From NCBI GenBank assembly GCA_963422375.2, contig CAXXKD010000001.1, positions 352,001 to 416,000 of the forward strand: a DNA stretch of 64,000 nucleotides, written 5' to 3'. The notes beneath the pieces were generated by a model. It searched no databases, had not been told where the DNA came from, and saw only the letters and a program-made list of their open reading frames with translations. The DNA is from Bryobacterales bacterium (GTDB lineage: Bacteria > Acidobacteriota > Terriglobia > Bryobacterales > UBA6623). The translations under genes were made by a program, and so were the position numbers. Of this stretch, positions 1-11,576 are shown one piece after another; the first letter of the stretch is position 1, and the number at the start of each line of letters is the position of its first letter.

Positions 1-2711
1 GCGCCGCCTACCCGCCTGTCGAGCAGCCCCGCGGCAGCCAGGGCGTTGTCGCGCACTTGCTCGGCCGCCAGGCGGTGCCGCGGGCCGCGCCCCAGCAGCC
101 GGTTCTCCGGATCCTTGGCCCTCAGCGCGGGTGTGGCATGCGACCGTTGGCGGTAGGTCGCCGACATGACGATCTTCTTCTGCAGCGCCTTGACGTCCCA
201 GCCGCCGTCGGCGAACTCGCGCGCGAGCCAGTCCAGCAAGGCGGGATGCGTGGACAGTTCGCCCTGCAGCCCGAAGTCCTCCGCCGTCCGCACGAGGCCC
301 GTGCCGAAGTAGGACTGCCAGTAGTGGTTGACCGCCACGCGGGCCGTGAGCGGGTGGTCCGGGCTCGCGATCCAGCGGGCGAGTCCGAGGCGGTTCCGCG
401 GGGCGTCGGCGGGGAACGGCGGCAGCCATTCCGGCGTCGCCGGGGTGACCCTGTCGGTTCGGTTGCGGTAGTCCCCCCGCGCCAGCATGAACGTCTCGCG
501 GGGCTGCGGCAACTCCCGCATCACCATCACGTTCGGCACGTCAGACTCCACCTCGGCCCGCTCCCGCACGAGGTCCTGCAGGCGGGCGTGCAGCCGGCGG
601 ACGGTGTCGGGCGCGGCGTGCGCGAGATAGTAGGCCTTCAGGCGCCTCTGGCGGTTCCGGCAGCGCGTCACTTCGGTGTCGGACTTCGGGGCGTAGATGT
701 CGTCGGGCGGTGCGGGAGGGGCCCCGGCGAGCACGGAGGCGCAGTCGACGTAGGTCTCGCCCAGCACGGCGCGAATCGGCTCGTGGGCGTGGAGCACGCC
801 GATGTCGGAGGCCGCCAGGGCCCGCGAGTAGATCCGCAGGTCGTCCAGAGTGCCCGTGTAGCGGCCGCCGAAGCGGCCCGCGCCGATTTCGAAGGGCGCG
901 TCGGTCGCGGGGCTGCCCGCCAGGGTGTCGGAGAGAGTCACGGCATCCGCGGGCTGTCCGTTCACATGGAACCGCAGCCCCGCCGCCCGGCCCGACCCGT
1001 CGTAGGAGATGGCGATGTGGTACTCGCTGTCCTCGCCGCGGGCGTCGCGGAGGGGCGTTGCGGTCCTCGCGACGATCGCCCGCCCCGGGCCGGAGGAAAG
1101 CCTCGCCGTGAGGTGGTACTCGCGTCGCAGGGCGTCTGGAATCGGCACCGGGGCGCTCAGAGCCAGCGCCAGTCCGCGCTGCGACTCGGGACCGTCCATC
1201 TTGTGCAGCAAGCCCTTCTCGACCAAGCCCTCATGCCGCATCCAGAACGCGACGGTGAAGGGAGCGGAAAGGTCGATTTCGGCCGTGCCGGGGAACGCGA
1301 CGTGCGTGTCGACGTCGAATCGAGCGCCCCGGCCCGCCTTCGCAGTGCCGAACAGCGGCTCGCCGCGCATGACGCGGCCGTGGCGGTAGTTGCCCGAGGA
1401 GTCCGAAAAGCCCCCTTCCATCTGGTAGTGCGCCTCGAGCCGCTCGCGGTTCGCCGTCGGGACCGTCGCCAGCGCTGTCCGCTCCCAGTTCGCGAGATCG
1501 CGACGCACGCGCTCTTCCGGCAGGTCCGCGCGCACGGAGCGGACAGCCGCGTCCAAGCGCTCCAGGCGCTCCTCCTGCGAGGAGTCCGGCAGCTGCAGGA
1601 TGGGCACCGCGTTGCCGTTCTCGCCATCCAGCCCGAGCTCGTCCACCGAATTGAAGAAGGCGTAGAACTCGTAGAACTCCCGTTGCTTGATCGGATCGTA
1701 CTTGTGGTCGTGGCAGCGCGCGCAGCCCATCGTCATCGCCATCCACACCGTCGAGACAGTCTCGACCCGGTCCACGACGTACTCGGTGTGGTACTCGGCC
1801 GGAATTGCGCCGCCCTCGTGGTTGATCATGTGGTTGCGGTTGAAGCCGGTGGCGATCCGCTGGTCCAGCGTCGGGTTCGGCAGCAGGTCGCCGGCCAGCT
1901 GCTCGACGGTGAATTCGTCGTAGGGCTTGTTGTCGTTGAATGCCGCGACCACCCAGTCCCGCCACTGCCACATGTCGCGGCGCCCGTCGATATGGAAGCC
2001 ATGCGTGTCGGCGTAGCGAGCCAGGTCCAGCCACTGCGTCGCCATGCGCTCCCCGTAATGCGGGGAGTTGAGCAGCCGGTCGACCTGCCGCTCGTAGGCG
2101 CCGGGTCTCGTGTCGGCCAGGAACGCCTCCACGTCGCCCTGATCCGGCGGCAGGCCGGTTAGGTCCAGGCTCAGCCTCCGCAGCAGCGTGCGCCGGTCCG
2201 CCTCGGGCGACAGGGAGAGGCCCTCCCGCTCGAGCCGCGCCAGCACGAACGCGTCGATCTCGCTAGAGGTGGCCCGCGCGTCCCCAAGCTGCGGGATCTG
2301 CGGCCGCTCCGGGGGCGCGTAGGCCCAGTGGGAACTCCACTCCGCACCCTCCTCGATCCAGCGCCGGATCGTCTCGACTTGGTCCGACGTCGGGTGCCGC
2401 TCCGCGTCTGGCGGAGGCATCCTGACCACCGCCTCGGCGTGGCTCATCCGCTGGAAGAGCCGGCTCTCGTCCGGGCTGCCCCGGACGATGACTGCGTAGC
2501 CCCCGCGGTCCGCGAAGGCGCCGTCGCGGGTGTCGAGCCGGAGCCCGGCTTGGCGGGCGTTGCTGTCCGGGCCGTGGCAGGCGAAGCACGCGTCCGCGAG
2601 GATCGGGCGCACGTCCTTCTGGAAGTCCAACGGCTGTGCCGTGCCAATCGCGGCCTCGGAGCTCAGCGCGGATGCGAAGGCCCAAGCGGCCCATGCAAGC
2701 GAAAGGCGCAT
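1..2711 (-). CDS. Planctomycete cytochrome c / DUF1549 / LamG / DUF1553 (PSD1) protein, 3' end outside the window
   Basis: Translated by hand from ATG 2711 (RBS GAGGTGAG): signal-like N-terminus, DFQKDVRPILADACFACHGPD, YGERMATQWLDLARYADTHG, CARCHDHKYDP, a LamG-like segment (HIAISYDGSG...LDDLRIYSRAL) and HPLTARVAVN. Missing from the ORF track because it runs off the edge. Confidence 0.9.
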   Translation of the reverse strand, partial: MRLSLAWAAWAFASALSSEAAIGTAQPLDFQKDVRPILADACFACHGPDSNARQAGLRLDTRDGAFADRGGYAVIVRGSPDESRLFQRMSHAEAVVRMPPPDAERHPTSDQVETIRRWIEEGAEWSSHWAYAPPERPQIPQLGDARATSSEIDAFVLARLEREGLSLSPEADRRTLLRRLSLDLTGLPPDQGDVEAFLADTRPGAYERQVDRLLNSPHYGERMATQWLDLARYADTHGFHIDGRRDMWQWRDWVVAAFNDNKPYDEFTVEQLAGDLLPNPTLDQRIATGFNRNHMINHEGGAIPAEYHTEYVVDRVETVSTVWMAMTMGCARCHDHKYDPIKQREFYEFYAFFNSVDELGLDGENGNAVPILQLPDSSQEERLERLDAAVRSVRADLPEERVRRDLANWERTALATVPTANRERLEAHYQMEGGFSDSSGNYRHGRVMRGEPLFGTAKAGRGARFDVDTHVAFPGTAEIDLSAPFTVAFWMRHEGLVEKGLLHKMDGPESQRGLALALSAPVPIPDALRREYHLTARLSSGPGRAIVARTATPLRDARGEDSEYHIAISYDGSGRAAGLRFHVNGQPADAVTLSDTLAGSPATDAPFEIGAGRFGGRYTGTLDDLRIYSRALAASDIGVLHAHEPIRAVLGETYVDCASVLAGAPPAPPDDIYAPKSDTEVTRCRNRQRRLKAYYLAHAAPDTVRRLHARLQDLVRERAEVESDVPNVMVMRELPQPRETFMLARGDYRNRTDRVTPATPEWLPPFPADAPRNRLGLARWIASPDHPLTARVAVNHYWQSYFGTGLVRTAEDFGLQGELSTHPALLDWLAREFADGGWDVKALQKKIVMSATYRQRSHATPALRAKDPENRLLGRGPRHRLAAEQVRDNALAAAGLLDRRVGG

Positions 2712-2807
2712 CGTCTCACCTCTGCGTCCAGTCTACTTGCCTCGCGGCAACCTGGGGGCGCTCGACGATCAGGAAAAACGAGACTTTCCCGTGCCCGCGC
2801 GACCCGG

Positions 2808-4361
2808 ATGGCTCCGGTCGACGACGCCCTGCGGCCGCTCGTGGCGGGAGCCGAGCCTGTCGTCAGCGAGCCCCTCAACCGCCTCTTCGCCGTCGAGGAG
2901 CGGGGCGACGGATTCTACCAGCGCGAGACGGAAGCAGGGCCCACGGACACCCCTCCCTTCGACAGCTCCCACCGCCTCGCCTACGTCATCGGGTCCGGGG
3001 TGAACGGCTTCAGCTACCTGGTCCGGCGGGGCCGCCATCTGGTGCAGGCCCCGGTATCCTACTACAGTCGGCAAGGGACCTGGGGTTTGTCTCCGGGGTA
3101 CGAGATCGCCAAGCCGGGCGAGGACTACGGCTTCAACCGCACGGTTCATCCGGCCTGCCTGCAGTGCCACGCCGGGCGGCCGCTGCCGGAAGGCAGCAGC
3201 GCGGGCCGCTACGCCGAACCGCCGTTCGCGGAGGTCGCGATCGGCTGCGAGAACTGCCACGGGCCGGGGCGGGCCCACGTAGACGCGCGCCTGGCGGCTC
3301 CGCAGAGCGTCGACGGTGCCATCGTCGATCCGCTCGACCTGCCGCCGAGGCTGGCCGAGAACATCTGCATGAACTGCCATCAGGGCGGCGACGCGCGGGT
3401 GTTGCAGCCCGGACGCGACCATTTCGACTTCCGGCCCGGCGAGTGGTTCAACGACACGGTCGCCATCCTCAAGCTGCCGCTCGACAGGGCCAGGCCTCGA
3501 GAGTCGGACCTGCTCGAGCACAACGACTCCATGGCGTTCAGCAAGTGCTTCTTGGCGAGCCAAGGGGGCCTCACCTGCTTTTCCTGCCACGAGATCCACG
3601 ACCGGCCCGCGGCGGTAGACCGGCTTGGCTACTACCGACGGAAGTGCTTGCAGTGCCACGAGGATTCGTCGTGCGGCTTGGATCGGGCGGCCCGTCCGGG
3701 GAACGACTGCGCTGGCTGCCACATGCCCAAGCGCGACATCGCCGAGATTTCGCACTCCTCCCTCACCAACCACCGGATCGTGCGCTCGCCGGGCCAGCCC
3801 TTCCCGCCCGAGGCCTTCGAGCGGGCTCCGGCGGACCTGCCCGAGCTCGTCCACGTGAACAGGCCCCCCGGCGCAGGCGGCGAGTCCCTGCCGCTGATGG
3901 TGCGGTTCCAGACCTTCGGCGAGCTGCTCGCCAAGCGGCCGAGCCTTTCCGGCCGCTACCTCGAGCTGCTGGCCGAGGCGGCCGAGCAGCACGGGGACGA
4001 CCCGCTGGTACTCGCGGCCCTAGGCCGCAAGGCGAAGCTCGAAGGGCGCGTGCCCGAGGCGATCGACTACCTGGCCTACGCGATCGAGGCGGGCGACCAG
4101 CCCGCCTCGACCTACGACGACTTGGCGGAACTGCTGTTTCAGTCCGGCCGGGAGGACGAGTCCGCCCGGATTCTCCGCCTCGGCGTCGCGGCGTGGCCGT
4201 TCAACTCGCGCCTGCTCAAGATGTTGGCGCTGCGGTACGTCAAGCTGAAGCGCTACCGCGACGCATCCGATACGATCCACGAGTTCGTGGACCTGTTTCC
4301 CGAGGACGACTTCATGCGGGGCCTGTTGCGCCAGATCCAGGGCCTCCCCGCGATCCAGTGA
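2808..4361 (+). CDS. Multiheme cytochrome c (c554-like) with C-terminal TPRs; possibly N-terminally truncated
   Basis: Six CxxCH motifs (CLQCH, CENCH, CMNCH, CFSCH, CLQCH, CAGCH), SSLTNHRI and a TPR-like tail. The 2328 start overlaps the opposite gene; first usable ATG is 2808. Confidence 0.8.
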   Translation: MAPVDDALRPLVAGAEPVVSEPLNRLFAVEERGDGFYQRETEAGPTDTPPFDSSHRLAYVIGSGVNGFSYLVRRGRHLVQAPVSYYSRQGTWGLSPGYEIAKPGEDYGFNRTVHPACLQCHAGRPLPEGSSAGRYAEPPFAEVAIGCENCHGPGRAHVDARLAAPQSVDGAIVDPLDLPPRLAENICMNCHQGGDARVLQPGRDHFDFRPGEWFNDTVAILKLPLDRARPRESDLLEHNDSMAFSKCFLASQGGLTCFSCHEIHDRPAAVDRLGYYRRKCLQCHEDSSCGLDRAARPGNDCAGCHMPKRDIAEISHSSLTNHRIVRSPGQPFPPEAFERAPADLPELVHVNRPPGAGGESLPLMVRFQTFGELLAKRPSLSGRYLELLAEAAEQHGDDPLVLAALGRKAKLEGRVPEAIDYLAYAIEAGDQPASTYDDLAELLFQSGREDESARILRLGVAAWPFNSRLLKMLALRYVKLKRYRDASDTIHEFVDLFPEDDFMRGLLRQIQGLPAIQ

Positions 4362-4781
4362 CGGCCGAGGGCCGACCGCCACCGGGGCCTTCCGCTCGGC
4401 GCGAGACCGGTCATGTGGGCCGACGGAATCCGAGGGCGATCGTCCCGCTCCCAGCGTGAAGCTCGAAAGCCGCCGCGTTCTTCGATCCTCCGCAGGTCGA
4501 TGAGGACGCTACCGGCCGCCACTCGCCCGCATTGAGTACGCCACTACGCCCAATCAACAGGGCGAACCATCGCCAATGCCCCCTGTCGATTCCAGAATGT
4601 CGAATCTCTCTGACGCAAGATCACCGATTTCGAATCTGGACTGCTCGTAAAGTATTTCTATGCAACGAGTTACGCGCAATTTCGTCGTCACCCGGTCCCG
4701 GCCCTCGAGCTTGCAGCGGATCGGCATCGGGCCGGTTCCGCTCCCAAGGAGGTGCTCGGCACCGACTGGAACGGCTGGCCC

Positions 4782-6551
4782 CTAGTGTCGCAGGGGGACC
4801 GTCTTGACCAGTCCTGCGCCGGGTTTGAGCGTGACGCGGCTGTGAGCCTGCACGCCTTTCACCCTATCCTCCGATCCGTCCGGCCAAGTCACGCTGATGG
4901 TGGCGAGAGATGAGTCGCCCAAGCCGAAATGAACTCGGGTGTCGCTTTGGGAAATGTGATAGCCGCCGCTGCGGACTTCGTCCACCTGCGCCCGCCCGCC
5001 CGCCTCGACTCGAATGCGCGCTCCGAGGGCAGGGCGCCCAGATTCCAGCCTGGCGTCCACGATCAAAGCCTTGCTCGCCGGGCCGAACTGCTTGAGCAGC
5101 GACGGATCCTCGTGCATGTTCACCGTCACGATCTCGAGCGTGCCGTCGTCGTCGAAGTCGGCCACCGCGAGGCCGCGCGAGGAGTGCTTCTCCATCACGC
5201 CCGGTCCGGCCATGTCGCTCATGTCGTGAAACCTGCCCCCACCGAGGTTCCAGTAGACGAGTCGGCGCTGGCGGAACGTCTCGCCCACTCCGGCCTTGTC
5301 CACGCCGGGGTAGACGTGCCCGTTGACCACGAAAATGTCCTTGAGCCCGTCGTGGTCGATGTCGAGGAAGGCCGTCCCCCATCCGAGGTACTGCGTGTTG
5401 ACGGCGAGGCCGGTCGTCACGGTCTCGTCGATGAACATCTGCATGCCCTCGTTCAGGTAGAGCGTATGCGTGTCGTTGGAGAAGTTCGTCTTGAAGATGT
5501 CCAAGTCGCCGTCTAGGTCGAAGTCGCCCGCTGTCGCTCCCATCCCGGCCTGCTCCTGACCGTCCATGTTGTATGCCGTGCCCGAGATCACTCCTATCTC
5601 CTCGAACGTGCCATCGCCGTTGTTGTGGAAGAAGAGGCTCGCGGTGGAGTCGCACGAGACGTAAACGTCCGTCCAGCCGTCGTTGTCGAAGTCGCCCGTG
5701 AGAGGCGTGAAGCCGTAGTAGTTCTTGTCCGTCTCCACGCCTGCCTTGGCTGAAATGTCCGTGAATACTCCCCGGCCGTCGTTCTCGTACAAGGACATAG
5801 ACTCTCCGGGGAGCCCCCGCGGCCCGCACAGCACCGGCAGGCCTTTCCAGCGGCACTCCGCGCCCTCGCCGGGCTTCGGCGTCTTGGCCGGGTCGAATCG
5901 CAGGTAATTTGCGACGAACAGATCCAAGTCGCCGTCCCGGTCGAAGTCGAGGAAAGTGCAGCCCGTGCCCCAGCGCTTGGTCCCTTCGGTCAGGCCACGC
6001 TCGTAGGTCTCGTCCCGGAAGGTCGCGTCCCCTTCGTTCCGGTAGAGACGGTTCTGGCCCCAGTGCGGGATAACGATGTCTTCGTGACCGTCATTGTCGA
6101 TGTCGCCGACGCACGCTCCCTGTGCCCAGCCTGTGTGCCGGATGCCGGCCTTCTCCGTGGCGTCGGTGAACCGGAGACCGCCGAGGTTGCGATAGAGGTA
6201 GTGCCTCGGGTCGGGCCCGCCGGACTCGAATCGGTCGGCGCTGACCAGCAGGATGTCCAGCAGCCCGTCACCGTCGTAGTCGAGGACGGCCACGCCCGTG
6301 CCGGTCGATTCGACGATGTAGCTCTTGTCGGTGGACGAGCCCGAGACGGCCACGCCGCGCAGGCCGGCTTGCTCCGCGATATCGCGGTACTCGATCACAG
6401 GTGCCTCGACGCCGTCCGGAAGCGGTGTTTTTGGCTGGGCTACCGCTCCGGTTGAGAGCGAGCCCTGGCCGAGCAGCGCTACGCTCGTCAGGCCGAGGCA
6501 GGCAACGGCCATCAAGGGCCGGATTGCGACTGCGGGCAGGCTCCTCGTCAC
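4782..6551 (-). CDS. CRTAC1 family protein (FG-GAP repeats + ASPIC/UnbV domain)
   Basis: Repeated DxDxDGxxD motifs, SSRGLAVADFDDDG, C-terminal SGGYHISQSDTRVHFGLG and a signal peptide. Confidence 0.92.
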   Translation of the reverse strand: MTRSLPAVAIRPLMAVACLGLTSVALLGQGSLSTGAVAQPKTPLPDGVEAPVIEYRDIAEQAGLRGVAVSGSSTDKSYIVESTGTGVAVLDYDGDGLLDILLVSADRFESGGPDPRHYLYRNLGGLRFTDATEKAGIRHTGWAQGACVGDIDNDGHEDIVIPHWGQNRLYRNEGDATFRDETYERGLTEGTKRWGTGCTFLDFDRDGDLDLFVANYLRFDPAKTPKPGEGAECRWKGLPVLCGPRGLPGESMSLYENDGRGVFTDISAKAGVETDKNYYGFTPLTGDFDNDGWTDVYVSCDSTASLFFHNNGDGTFEEIGVISGTAYNMDGQEQAGMGATAGDFDLDGDLDIFKTNFSNDTHTLYLNEGMQMFIDETVTTGLAVNTQYLGWGTAFLDIDHDGLKDIFVVNGHVYPGVDKAGVGETFRQRRLVYWNLGGGRFHDMSDMAGPGVMEKHSSRGLAVADFDDDGTLEIVTVNMHEDPSLLKQFGPASKALIVDARLESGRPALGARIRVEAGGRAQVDEVRSGGYHISQSDTRVHFGLGDSSLATISVTWPDGSEDRVKGVQAHSRVTLKPGAGLVKTVPLRH

Positions 6552-7379
6552 CGCTCCTTCCAGAATATAAGCTCAGGCGCCTGCATGACCGAGGCGCAGA
6601 GCGCACTCGCCCGCGCGAATCCGTCAGGAGCATGCGTCCGTCGCGCTGCCGGAATCCCCGGAGCCCGGGGGAAGGTGCGCGGGCCGGCCAGCGCCACTCG
6701 ACCGCAGCAGGCACGGATCCGCTCTGCCCGTGTTGTGCCGAGAACCGCGGCCGTATCGCGAGGAGGGTGTCTGGACCGCGTCCTAGATGACCGACGCAGG
6801 AGCGGGAGTCGCGGCTGGCCCCTTGCCGGGGCCGCGCTCCCACACGACGGGCGCAACCCGTGCTGCTTCCCGCGGATACGTCCGGAATCCGCGCCCTGCC
6901 AGTGCCTTCTGCCAGGGTCCGCGCCCGAGATGGCTAGCGTCCGCAACGACTTCATCCGCTATGAGAACGGCCTGCTCCGCTTGGCCCGGACCCCTCGCGC
7001 ACGCCAGGCGGACCTTGGTCCCCTTCTCCGTTCCACCGGCCCGGGCCGGGTTCCGCTTGAACCTGACTGCGGGCCTCCGGGGAAGGGATGCCGCTTCCAG
7101 TCCCGCTCGCAGAGTCGCGGCCGGCACCCGCCCGCGGCCGTGGAACAACGGGGAGGGCGGCCGGTTGGAATCCGCAACCGAACGCCTTTCCCCGCGGGAG
7201 GGGGGCCGGGCCCGCGCATCGAGCAGTGCAGGGGGCCGTTTCGACAAGTCTCGACAGGCGAACGTCTGTATACTGCGTTCCACCGTCTGCGGGCGGGCTT
7301 CCGCTAGGACTCCTTCCCAGTCGCAGTGACGGGCCCAGGGGGTGCCTTGTGCCCTGCCAACTAGCAGGAGGATTGTTCA

Positions 7380-10300
7380 GTGCTCGCTCGATTGGTTCCG
7401 ATCGCCGCGCTGGGGGTTGCACTGGCTCTCGCGCTAGGGCTGGTCCCGTCCGCGGAGGCTCAGATCTCCACCGCAACCGTCAACGGGACGGTGCGCGACG
7501 CCACCGGGCCCGTCATACCGGGAGCGGAAGTGTCCATCTCCAACGTCGAGACCGGCTTGGAGCAGCAGGCCGCCACGAACAACGCCGGCGTCTACCGCTT
7601 CTTGAATCTCCAGCCAGGGCCGTACACGCTGGCCTGCGTCTCGAGCGGATTCCAGACGGCGGTTGTCAATCCGTTCTCGCTGGTGGTTAACCAGACGGCC
7701 ACGTTCGACTTCGCGCTGGAAGTGGGCGCGGTCACCGAAACGGTGACGGTCGAGGCGTAGGGGGCGCAGCTGCAGGCGTCATCGGCCGAGTTGGGCTCCG
7801 CGGTGCGGGAGAAGCAGGTCGTCGACCTGCCCCTGAACGGGCGGAACTTCACGAAGCTGCTCGAGCTCACGCCCGGCGTCGCACCGGTCAGCGTCTCCCA
7901 GAACGGAGGCGGCTTCACAGCCCGCCCCATCGGGCAGTTCCAGTTCCCGGCAGTAAACGGGCAGACGAACCGGTCCAACCTGTTCATGCTCGACGGTGTG
8001 TTCAACCAAGGCGCCTTCGTCAGCACCTACGCGGTGCCTCCGATTATCGACACCATCCAGGAGTTCAAGGTCAACGCCCACAACGACGACCCGGAATTCG
8101 GCGGTGCGCTCGGCGGCATAGTCAACGTGGTCACCAAGGGCGGCACGAACCAGTTCCGCGGCAACGCATGGTGGTTCCTCCGTAACGAGAAGCTGGATTC
8201 CCGCAACTTCTTCCGCCGCCAAGTTACGCCGCAGAAATGGAATCAGTTCGGCGGGACGCTGGGCGGGCCAGTGGTCCGCAACAAGACGTTCTTCATGCTG
8301 GGCTACCAAGGCCTCCGCCTGCGCAGGCCCAGCGACAGCCTGCTCAGGGTGCCGCCCCAGACGAACCTAGGGGGTGACCTGAGCGATGACCCCCGCAAGA
8401 TCTACAACCCCTTCAGGACTCGTGCGACGGCGGACGGCGGCTTCGAGCGCGACCCCTTCCAGAACAACAGGATTCCGCAGCGCCTGCTGAGCCCGACGGC
8501 GCTCGCCTTCGCCCAGGCTCTCCTGCCGAGCGCCGGCCCGGTTATCACGTCTGACCGCAACGCGCTCGACTCGACGCCCGTGCGGCAGAACCAGGAGGAG
8601 TACACAGCCCGGCTGGACCACGTCTTCAACGAGAGGGACAGCGTCTGGTTCCGCTGGTCCGGCACGCTGCAGGACAACGACGTCTCGGGCGGACTGCCCT
8701 CGCTCGGCGGATTCCAGGAGTATCGCGCCCGCAACACCGCGGCGAGCTGGGTCCACACGTTCAGCCCGACCACGATCTTCCAGCTGCAAGGCGGCTGGGT
8801 GAAATCCATCGACAACGCCGGCAACCGGTTCGGCGACCGCGGTGTGCTCGCGCAGCTGGCCTGCGCGAGCACGTTCTGCGGCAGCTTCAACAGCGGGGAG
8901 GACCTGATTCCCAGCTACAACGTGACTGGCTGGTTCAGCGGCGGCGAGTCCAACAGCCTGAACACTCCCCCAAGCTCGATCATCAATTTCCGCAGCAACG
9001 TGACGAAGGTCATGGGCAACCACACCATCAAGTTCGGCGGCGAGGGCAACACGACCGACTTCCAAGCGTACTACGAGAATCTCAACCAGGCCTTCCGCGT
9101 CCAGCAGACGGCCAACCCACTTGACAACGACGGCGGCATTTCGCTCGCGTCGTTTCTGATCGGCGCGCCGGACTCGGCCGGCCGTCGCAACGTCTGGGAG
9201 ACGCTCCGTCCCGGAGGCACGGTGGGGTTCTACCTGATGGATTCGTGGAAGGCCACGCCCAGGCTGGCGATCAATCTCGGGCTCCGCTACGACCGCCAGT
9301 TCCAGCCGCCCTACGGCGAGGAGAAGACGATCGGCAAGCAGGGCGGCATCGAGACCGGCGCGCTCGACCTGCTGCGCGGCATCTACGTCCTGCAGCGCGT
9401 CCCGCCCTCGTGCGCCGAGCGCGGCTTCGCTCCATGCATCCCGACTCCCGACGGCTCGCTGCCGGAGCATGTCGTGTCGGATCCGCGCGGCAAGGTCTAT
9501 CACGACACGACCAAGAATTTCCAGCCGCGTGTCGGCATTGCCTTCCGCGTGTCGGACAGAACCGTGCTCCGCACTTCGTACGGGATCTTCTTCGACGAGT
9601 GGGCAGCGGTGACGCAGACCGCCCAGAACTACGAGGGCGGATGGCCGGACGTGGGCCAGCAGCTGGGCAACAACCTCAACCAGCCTACGGAGGCTTCGGC
9701 GCTGCCGACGATCGACATTACCAGCCCGTTCCCGCAAGGGGCTGTTCCCGCTGCCGACGCCGTTCACCGGCGTGCTGTGGTACATGGACCCGCATTTCGA
9801 GAACCCCCACTCGCAGCAATGGAACTTCGGCCTGCAGCACCAGCTGGACGAGTCCACGGTGGTGACCGCGAACTACGTGGGTTCCGCCAGCAGCCGTCTC
9901 AACGTGGGCGGCTACTACAACACGGCCATCGAGCCCGGGCCCGGACCGATCAAGCCTCGCACGTCGCACCCGCACGCCCAGCAGAGCTTCTTCGACCGCA
10001 GTTGGGGCAAGCGCAACTATCACGCCTTCCAGTTCCTGCTGGACAGGACGCTGTCGTCGGGCCTGGCGTACAAGGTCGCCTACACGTGGTCCCGGTCCAT
10101 GGACCATGGATCGTCGGGCTGGTACGGGGTCGAGGGCTTCGCTGTCCAGAATCCCTACAATCTCCGGGCGGACTACTCACCCTCGGGATTCGACATCCCC
10201 CACGTGCTGACGGTGAACTGGATCTGGCAGCTTCCCTTGGGGAGTGGCCGAAGGATCGACCCGGGTAGCAAGGTTTTCAACGCGCTGCTGGGCGGCTGGT

Positions 10301-10752
10301 AGTTCAACGGCATCGCGCTGTTCCGGTCCGGTCAGCCGTACACGATGTGCATCAACGGGGATATCACCAACACGGGCAACACCGGATGCTACGCGCGGCC
10401 GGTCGTGACGGATGACGTGGAAATCGCCAACCCGACGCCGGCTCGCTGGATCAACACGAGTTCCTTGGACTGGCCGGATTTCGTGCCGGGCTCGACGATT
10501 CGGCGGTTCGGAAACTCGGGGCGGCACAACGTGCGCACCGACGGGGTGTCGAACTTCGACCTGTCGCTGTTCAAGCAGTTCCGATTCGCGGAATCTCGCT
10601 ACGTTGCATTCCGGGTGGAGCTGTTCAACGCGTTCAACACGCCCACGTTCGGGACGCCCCAGCGGGTCTTCAACAGCTCGAACTTCGGGGCCGTCACTGG
10701 AACTGCCCTGCCCGAGCGGAACATCCAGATGGGCCTGAAGATCGCGTTCTGA
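7380..10752 (+). pseudogene. Oar-like TonB-dependent receptor, disrupted
   Basis: Continuous homology (carboxypeptidase-regulatory N-domain, DLPLNGRNF, terminal ERNIQMGLKIAF) broken by TAG at 7758-7760, an extra G in GGGG at 9738-9741 and TAG at 10300-10302. Confidence 0.9.
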
Positions 10753-10758
10753 TGCTCC

Positions 10759-10781
10759 GGGCCCGCTTTCCGTGCGGGCCC
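10759..10781 (+). terminator. GC hairpin after the TonB receptor
   Basis: GGGCCCGC-7nt-GCGGGCCC just after the stop; no U-tract. Confidence 0.4.
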
Positions 10782-11451
10782 CGTCGGATGTCGAGACTCG
10801 GCTCGTAGTCGTCTTTGGCGGAGCCGCCCAGCGGTATCGTAGGCTTGGTGGTCCGGCAATTCGCGCCCTCATGCTTGGTTCGCTCCGTGCCAACGATGTC
10901 GGGAAGAGGACTAGCGCCTGCCGCCAGCTCGCATCGTCCAGCAAGCGAGAGCCTCGTGCCCCGTCGGAGCCCGTGAAGTGCAGCCTACCGGCGGCTGATC
11001 GACTTGGATCCAGGGCACCGGGTTCTCGATTCCGTAGACGTCAGGCACGGCTGCGCCTGTGCCTGACGCCGAGGCGGCAAGCAGGGTGTTGCCCGGAACA
11101 CCCCACGTGACGGTCAGGATGTGGCCCTCCAATCAGGGCCGTCAACACTGACAGGGTCGGAGCATCCGGTCGCTCCACGCTCTTTCCGGGGAAGGCACCC
11201 GGCGCGTTCTTGCGCATGATCGTCCGACGGTCGGCACGGTCCGGCTGCTTGAGAGCCGACCGGAATGCCTGGTCGTGACCGTTCCGATGGTGTCCGAGCC
11301 GCTGGGCGGCGGGCGGTAGGATTGCTCGAATGCCTCGGGCTCCTGCGCGAGATCTCGGTTGCACCCCGAGACTGCGTGTGAGCCTATCAGGTGTCCTTGG
11401 AATTCACCTAGGCACCCAACGAGCGACTCGGAATCGGCTGTCCCTTAAGGG

Positions 11452-11526
<75 letters not shown>

Positions 11527-11546
11527 GCAAGCCCTTCGACACTTAC

Positions 11547-11576
11547 AGTGTAACGCATGTCCCAGCGGTCTGTCCA
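11547..11576 (-). promoter_or_regulatory. Sigma70-like promoter for tRNA-Asn
   Basis: TGGACA-N18-TACACT about 20 bp upstream of the tRNA. Confidence 0.55.

Noticed and set aside
57..2162. 701-aa plus-strand ORF and other long antisense ORFs (e.g. 16282-17685, 28619-30382, 62227-63981)
   Set aside because: Shadow ORFs of real genes on the opposite strand in high-GC DNA; no motifs.
7758..10302. TAG recoded as Gln or amber readthrough in the TonB gene
   Set aside because: The gene also has a frameshift, and groEL, moxR and the batB- and batE-like genes end normally at TAG.
10780..11451. Island integrated at the tRNA-Asn 3' end
   Set aside because: No duplicate of the tRNA 3' end and no adjacent integrase found by eye.
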